Positions 59,895 through 64,000 of a DNA stretch of 64,000 nt are shown here, piece by piece (positions within the stretch are counted from its first letter, which is position 1; the number at the start of each line of letters is the position of its first letter). The DNA comes from an uncultured Caldisericales bacterium (GTDB taxonomy: Bacteria > Caldisericota > Caldisericia > JAAYUI01). The notes under the pieces were generated by a model. The model was not told the DNA's origin. It was given only the letters and a program-made list of their open reading frames with translations, and made no database searches. A program made the translations under genes and the position numbers. The stretch is taken from positions 5,340 through 69,339 of the forward strand of contig CAZTGD010000006.1 in assembly GCA_964613055.1 (NCBI GenBank). The letters run 5' to 3'.

Positions 59895-62800
59895 ATGTCT
59901 TCAGAGCTGAAGCAAGCATACAGTATCTATATCAAGCAGATTGAGCTTGACCACCGTAAAGGGAATGACACGGAGATAACCCACCGTGACGCCTTTTCCG
60001 CGTATGTCAAAGCTGTGCTAACCGATGGTTACACTGTCTCTCAGGAAACAAAACAAGAGGATGGCAACAAACCGGACTATGAAATAGAGAGCAAATCAAG
60101 AACAGTTGGATTCATCGAAACCAAGAAGATAGACTATCCCCTTGACAGGCTCGAAGGTGACGATCAACTGCAGAGATACTTTGAAGCGGTTGGCAATGTG
60201 ATAACCACAAACTACCTGGAGTTTAGATGGTATTCAAAGATTGAAAACACAGATGATTACGATGGCTCCAAACTGATACCAATCAGATCACTCAAGGTCG
60301 CCCACTGGGATGGTAAACGGATTGTAACCGATATAAAAGACCCACATCTGAAGCTGGCTGATTTCATTAGGGGGTTTACCTATGCAAAGGTGAGAACCGT
60401 CCGCAAGCCCGTTGAGCTTGCGCGGAGGATGTCATCGACAGCAAAGATGATTCGCGATTCAATGACGGAGGAATTGGCAGGAGAAACCAATGAAATTGAT
60501 CCGCTTTCATCTCAACTGGAATCTTTCAGGGAAACGATTATTGCTGACCTGTCTCCACAGTTGTTTGCGGACATGTACGCTGAAACCATAAGCTATGGTC
60601 TCTTTTCGGCAAAGAACGCCGTTGGCTCAAAAGAGATAACCTGGCAGGGAGCATCCCATTCCATTCCCGCAACCAATCCCTTCCTCAAGAGACTCTTCAA
60701 CGAACTCGTTCAGCAGTTGCCCCCTGCTGTTACCAGATACACGAATCTGCTTGTAAACCTGATGAACGCCATTGACCTGGAATCGGTTATGAAGGGGTTT
60801 GGCAAGGGTAGAGCGAAAGACCCCGTATTTCATTTCTACGAGACATTCCTTTCAGAATACAACCCTAGCCAGCGTGAGAGGCGCGGGGTGTACTACACCC
60901 CAAAACCAGTCGTGAGGTTCATTGTCCGCTCAGTCGACCATATCCTCAGAACCACCTTTGGTTTAAACGGAGGATTGGCAAACGCTGAAGAACAAGACGA
61001 TGGCGTCAAGAGACTCACCATCCTCGACCCAGCCACAGGCACTGGCACCTTTCTCCATGAGGTATTAAACCAGATATTTGAAGAGATTGGTGTCGCCCAG
61101 GCCGGTGGATTCGACAGGAATGACAAAGGGGTAAACGAGGATATCATCCCCAGGCTCTATGGTTTTGAGCTGATGATCGCTCCATACACCATAGCCCACC
61201 TGAAGCTGGGTATGTTGCTTGCAGAGAATGGCTACCAGGGCAGTCAGAGGCTGAATGTGTATCTGACCAACGCGCTGGAGGAGGCGCACAGGTTTGATGA
61301 TGACAGCACAAAAGGGCTCTTTGGATTCACAAAGACAATCATGGCGGAGTCAGAAGGCGCATCGAAAGCCAAGAGTGAACTGCCCGTGATGGTGGTGCTT
61401 GGCAATCCGCCATACTCCGGTCATTCCGCAAACGATATCGAGTGGATGGATGAGCTGATGAGAGGCAAGTGCTACACTGGCAACCCCAAAGAAAAGCTGT
61501 CACAAAGACCTCATGAAAAAACGCACAACTACTTTGAGGTGGACGGCAAGGGTCTTGGTGAGAGGAATCCCAAGTGGCTCAACGATGACTATGTCAAGTT
61601 CATCCGCTGGGGTCAGTGGCGCATAGAGCAGACGGGCGCTGGTGTGCTGGCGTTCATAACAAACCACGGCTATCTTGACAACCCAACCTTCCGAGGCATG
61701 AGGCAGTCACTGCTTGAAGCGTTTGACGAGATTTACATCACCGACCTGCACGGCAACGCCAAGAAGAAGGAGGTCACACCAAGTGGTGGCAAGGATGAGA
61801 ACGTGTTTGACATCCAGCAGGGCGTTGCCATAGGAATATTTGTGAAGCACCCCAAACCCCCCTGCCCTGCACAGGATAATAACCCCCTTTTCAAGGGGGT
61901 CGAATACGACAAAGTCGGATTCGGGGGGTTTAACAAACACTCAAAATACCTAAACAAATCCTTCACCAACGAGAGGATAAAGCAATACAACCTCATATCC
62001 AACGGCACACACCTGCCATACGCAGATGATCTAAAAGACAAAGCCAGAGAACTGAGAAAGAGCCAAACACCAGCAGAGAAGAAACTGTGGTATGAATACC
62101 TAAGCAGACTCGACCTTCGCTTCAAGCGTCAGCACCCGATAGACAACTACATAGTAGACTTTTACTGCACGAAACTCGGTTTGGTGATTGAGATTGATGG
62201 TTCATTGCACAACGAAGACCTACAGCATGATAAAGACAAAAAGCGTACTGCGATACTGGAGAAATATGGTCTGACCGTGATTCGTTTTTCCAACGATCAG
62301 GTTTTAAAGGAGTTTAAGGGTGTCTGTCAGGTTGTAGATTCGTATATAAGCAAAGATAAACCCCCCTACCCTGCTGTGCAGGGCATCCCCCCTCGAAGAG
62401 GGGGGTGTAAGTATGCTACGGTGTATCATCATGACCTGTGGGGGGTGCGTGAGATACGGGTCAATTCAAAAAAAGAGAACGATAAAACAGAGCTGGTGGG
62501 TGGCAAGTATCACTGGCTGGATACACACAGTGTGGGTGAAGGTGTCGACTGGAAGGTGCTGAACCCGCAACAACCCTTCTATCTGTTCAGCCCCTTTGAC
62601 AACGAGCTTGCCCATGAGTATGAGTGTGGCGTGAAGATTACCGATCTGTTTCCCACCAACTCGGTTGGGATAGTGACAGCAAGGGATAAGTTCGTTATTG
62701 ATTTCGAAAGAAACAATCTGGTTCAGAGATTAAATGAGTTCTGCTCAAAAGAGATATCCGATGATACAGCAAAAAGGAATTTTCTATCGAATCGAGACAA

Positions 62801-63533
62801 ACTAGATGTTTCTAAAGCCCGAAACGAGGTTAGAAAAGTAAATATTGAAAATTATGTTGATGACATCTTATACCGACCTTTTGACACGAGACCAATCATT
62901 TATTTGCCAGCTTTGATTGAGAGAAGCAGGGATGATGTCATGAAACACATGCTGGCGGGGGATAATGTTGGTTTGATAACCACAAGACAAGTTGCTGTAA
63001 GTATTTTCAATCATTCACTTATCACCAATAGCATTATTGACAATCGTCTAACAAGAAGCAATAAAGGCATCTGTTACCTTTTCCCGCTGTACTTGTATCC
63101 ACACGGCGACTCACTGGATGTTAAGTCAACCTCCTGGCGGGAGGGTGAAAACGGACGCATACCAAACCTGAACAGGAAGCTGATTGAGGGCATCGCTAAA
63201 CGTTTGGGTGTGATTTTTATTTCGGAGGGCAAGGGCAACATCATTCAAACCCCCCTGCCCTGCACAGCAGGGCGTCCCCCCTCGAAGAGGGGGGGCAAAG
63301 GACCCCCTTTTGAAGGGGGTCGAATCCGCTTCTGGCGGATTCGGGGGGTTGACAATCGGTCCAGAGGACATCCTCAGCTACATCTACGTCATCCTCCACA
63401 GCCCAACCTACCGCACCCGTTACGCACCATTCCTGAAGATGGACTTCCCCCGTGTGCCCTTCACCTCCAACCTGGAGCTGTTTGCCAAACTCTCAGCCAT
63501 CGGCTCAAGACTTATCAGCCTGCATCTGCTTGA
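59895..63533 (+). CDS. Type IIG (MmeI-like) RM enzyme as it reads in this sequence; authentic to ~63295, then out of frame
   Basis: PD-(D/E)xK (PDYEIE...GFIETKK, aa 60-78). MTase motif I ILDPATGTGTF. YYTPKPVV. NPPY at 61404-61415. Family-typical ...DENVFDIQQGVAIGIFVK and ...VYHHDLWGVREIR.... After the G7 tract at 63289-63295 the frame gives low-complexity P/Q/L-rich sequence. Confidence 0.7.
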   Translation: MSSELKQAYSIYIKQIELDHRKGNDTEITHRDAFSAYVKAVLTDGYTVSQETKQEDGNKPDYEIESKSRTVGFIETKKIDYPLDRLEGDDQLQRYFEAVGNVITTNYLEFRWYSKIENTDDYDGSKLIPIRSLKVAHWDGKRIVTDIKDPHLKLADFIRGFTYAKVRTVRKPVELARRMSSTAKMIRDSMTEELAGETNEIDPLSSQLESFRETIIADLSPQLFADMYAETISYGLFSAKNAVGSKEITWQGASHSIPATNPFLKRLFNELVQQLPPAVTRYTNLLVNLMNAIDLESVMKGFGKGRAKDPVFHFYETFLSEYNPSQRERRGVYYTPKPVVRFIVRSVDHILRTTFGLNGGLANAEEQDDGVKRLTILDPATGTGTFLHEVLNQIFEEIGVAQAGGFDRNDKGVNEDIIPRLYGFELMIAPYTIAHLKLGMLLAENGYQGSQRLNVYLTNALEEAHRFDDDSTKGLFGFTKTIMAESEGASKAKSELPVMVVLGNPPYSGHSANDIEWMDELMRGKCYTGNPKEKLSQRPHEKTHNYFEVDGKGLGERNPKWLNDDYVKFIRWGQWRIEQTGAGVLAFITNHGYLDNPTFRGMRQSLLEAFDEIYITDLHGNAKKKEVTPSGGKDENVFDIQQGVAIGIFVKHPKPPCPAQDNNPLFKGVEYDKVGFGGFNKHSKYLNKSFTNERIKQYNLISNGTHLPYADDLKDKARELRKSQTPAEKKLWYEYLSRLDLRFKRQHPIDNYIVDFYCTKLGLVIEIDGSLHNEDLQHDKDKKRTAILEKYGLTVIRFSNDQVLKEFKGVCQVVDSYISKDKPPYPAVQGIPPRRGGCKYATVYHHDLWGVREIRVNSKKENDKTELVGGKYHWLDTHSVGEGVDWKVLNPQQPFYLFSPFDNELAHEYECGVKITDLFPTNSVGIVTARDKFVIDFERNNLVQRLNEFCSKEISDDTAKRNFLSNRDKLDVSKARNEVRKVNIENYVDDILYRPFDTRPIIYLPALIERSRDDVMKHMLAGDNVGLITTRQVAVSIFNHSLITNSIIDNRLTRSNKGICYLFPLYLYPHGDSLDVKSTSWREGENGRIPNLNRKLIEGIAKRLGVIFISEGKGNIIQTPLPCTAGRPPSKRGGKGPPFEGGRIRFWRIRGVDNRSRGHPQLHLRHPPQPNLPHPLRTIPEDGLPPCALHLQPGAVCQTLSHRLKTYQPASA
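61854..61930 (+). repeat. GC-rich modular hairpin repeat, copy A, translated in frame
   Basis: AAACCCCCC-TGCCCTGCACAGG-ATAATAA-CCCCCTTTTCAAGGGGGT-CGAATACGACAAAGTCGGATTC-GGGGGGTT. About 65% GC in a ~43% GC gene. Confidence 0.7.
61932..62354 (+). other. Embedded DUF559-like (Vsr/PD-(D/E)xK-fold) endonuclease domain, in frame within the RM gene
   Basis: LRKSQTPAEKKLWYEYLSRLDLRFKRQHPIDNYIVDFYCTKLGLVIEIDGSLH...KDKKRTAILEKYGLTVIRFSNDQVL matches the DUF559 domain consensus. No ATG or stop of its own. Confidence 0.65.
62358..62405 (+). repeat. GC-rich modular hairpin repeat, copy B (5' modules only)
   Basis: AAACCCCCC-TACCCTGCTGTGCAGGGCAT-CCCCCCTCGAAGAGGGGGG. C6/G6 symmetric hairpin. Confidence 0.7.
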
Positions 63534-63858
63534 GGACGACGTGCTGAAATCCGACAGATCGGTCAGCTTCACAGGAGACGGCGACCACGTGGTGGGCAGA
63601 ATCAGACATGAAAACAACCGCGTCTACATCAACAAAGACGAATACTTTGAGGGTGTGCCGGCGGACGTCTACAGATTCATGGTCGGCGGGTACCAGGTCG
63701 CAAACAAATGGCTGAAGGACAGAAAGAAAAGGGAGCTTGTAAGGGAGGAGAGGACTCGATACTGCAGGATAATCACCTCGCTTAAAATGACCTTAAAGGC
63801 GATGGATGATATCGATGAGATTATTGATTCCGCAGGCGGATTCCCTCTTAAAACCTGA
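63187..63858 (+). CDS. C-terminal module of the same RM enzyme, in the +1 frame (ORF track 63310..63858)
   Basis: Open frame from 63187. Contains LSYIYVILHSPTYRTRYAPFLKMDFPRVPF and MVGGYQVANKWLKDRKKRELV, conserved at C-termini of type IIG/ISP-like enzymes. Deleting one G of the G7 tract joins it to the 59895 ORF. Confidence 0.65.
63247..63350 (+). repeat. GC-rich modular hairpin repeat, copy C (full set of four hairpins); contains the C6/G7 asymmetric tract where the frame breaks
   Basis: AAACCCCCC-TGCCCTGCACAGCAGGGCG-TCCCCCCTCGAAGAGGGGGGG-CAAAGGACCCCCTTTTGAAGGGGGT-CGAATCCGCTTCTGGCGGATTC-GGGGGGTT. Confidence 0.7.
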
Positions 63859-63882
63859 CTGGGCAGAAAAACACCAAACTGA

Positions 63883-63913
63883 AAGGGGACGACCTTAGCC
63901 GGTCGCCCCTTTT
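63883..63913 (+). terminator. Rho-independent terminator after the RM gene
   Basis: GGGGACGACC-TTAGCC-GGTCGCCCC followed by TTTT. Confidence 0.45.
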
Positions 63914-64000
63914 CGATAAAAATGCACTAGAGATATGCTAAGTTAAGTGGATTACGGGTTGATGCAGGTTCCGCTTCCGTCTCCAGGTCCTCTGCTACCT

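Noticed and set aside
61854-62405. Could the repeat-DUF559-repeat block be an intein in the RM gene?
   Set aside because: It has no intein splicing motifs (no Cys/Ser/Thr at the N-junction, no terminal His-Asn plus nucleophile). The embedded domain is DUF559/Vsr-like, not LAGLIDADG/HNH. The flanking hairpin repeats point to DNA-level insertion.
61854-63350. Could the GC-rich repeats be a CRISPR array?
   Set aside because: There are only three copies, of unequal length (77, 48 and 104 bp). Spacing is irregular (about 430 and 840 bp). The intervening sequence is conserved coding sequence (DUF559 domain, RM enzyme core), and no cas genes are present.
63296-63533. C-terminal 80 aa of the 59895 ORF (GHPQLHLRHPPQPNLPHPLRT...) as a real low-complexity tail
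   Set aside because: The +1 frame across the same nucleotides encodes a well-conserved type IIG/ISP C-terminal motif, so the frame-0 tail is an out-of-frame artefact following the G7 tract.
1-64000. Possibility that the contig is archaeal (archaeal-type AspRS, Fe-S MinD-like ATPases)
   Set aside because: TsaB/TsaD pair, canonical lipoboxes, strong SD sequences, a bacterial class-II tRNA-Tyr with long variable arm and encoded CCA, the YnbB-like protein and OmpR-type TCS all indicate a bacterium.

Overview
This is a 64 kb chromosomal segment from a bacterium, probably an anaerobe. Evidence for a bacterium: Shine-Dalgarno sites, a TsaB+TsaD pair, a class-II tRNA-Tyr with an encoded CCA end, and at least 16 predicted lipoproteins with L-x-x-C lipoboxes. 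GC is roughly 42-45%, with two AT-rich islands. Core content, in order: a 3' fragment of etfB, then etfA-fixC-fixX (electron-transfer flavoprotein / ETF-quinone oxidoreductase / ferredoxin). A minus-strand operon follows with two MinD/ParA-type ATPases carrying 2x[4Fe-4S] inserts, a NifX/NifB-like protein and a Gly/Arg-rich small protein. Next come an archaeal-type AspRS, a MiaB-family methylthiotransferase, a YnbB-like PLP enzyme, YjbQ, TsaB and TsaD, then an OmpR-type two-component system. A large array of paralogous secreted lipoproteins follows, then ornithine aminotransferase. A long minus-strand operon carries purA-purB-purC-purS-purQ, a BON-domain protein and argS. Further features are an XRE regulator beside a truncated ImmA/IrrE remnant, a CPA/TrkA antiporter, a degenerate butyrate-kinase paralogue paired with a P-loop NTPase, a SAM methyltransferase, tRNA-Tyr(GTA), metK, a GH2 glycosidase, a response regulator plus HD-GYP phosphodiesterase, and miaA. 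The most unusual locus is at the 3' end (59895..63858). It is an MmeI-like type IIG restriction-modification gene with an N-terminal PD-(D/E)xK nuclease, a gamma-class N6-adenine methyltransferase with an NPPY motif, and a conserved C-terminal module. Three GC-rich modular hairpin repeats have been inserted into it in frame, and an embedded DUF559 endonuclease domain sits between the first two. The reading frame breaks exactly at a G7 homopolymer inside the third repeat; removing one G would restore a single ~1320-aa ORF, which could reflect phase variation or a sequencing error. No CRISPR array, rRNA, integrase or transposase was found.
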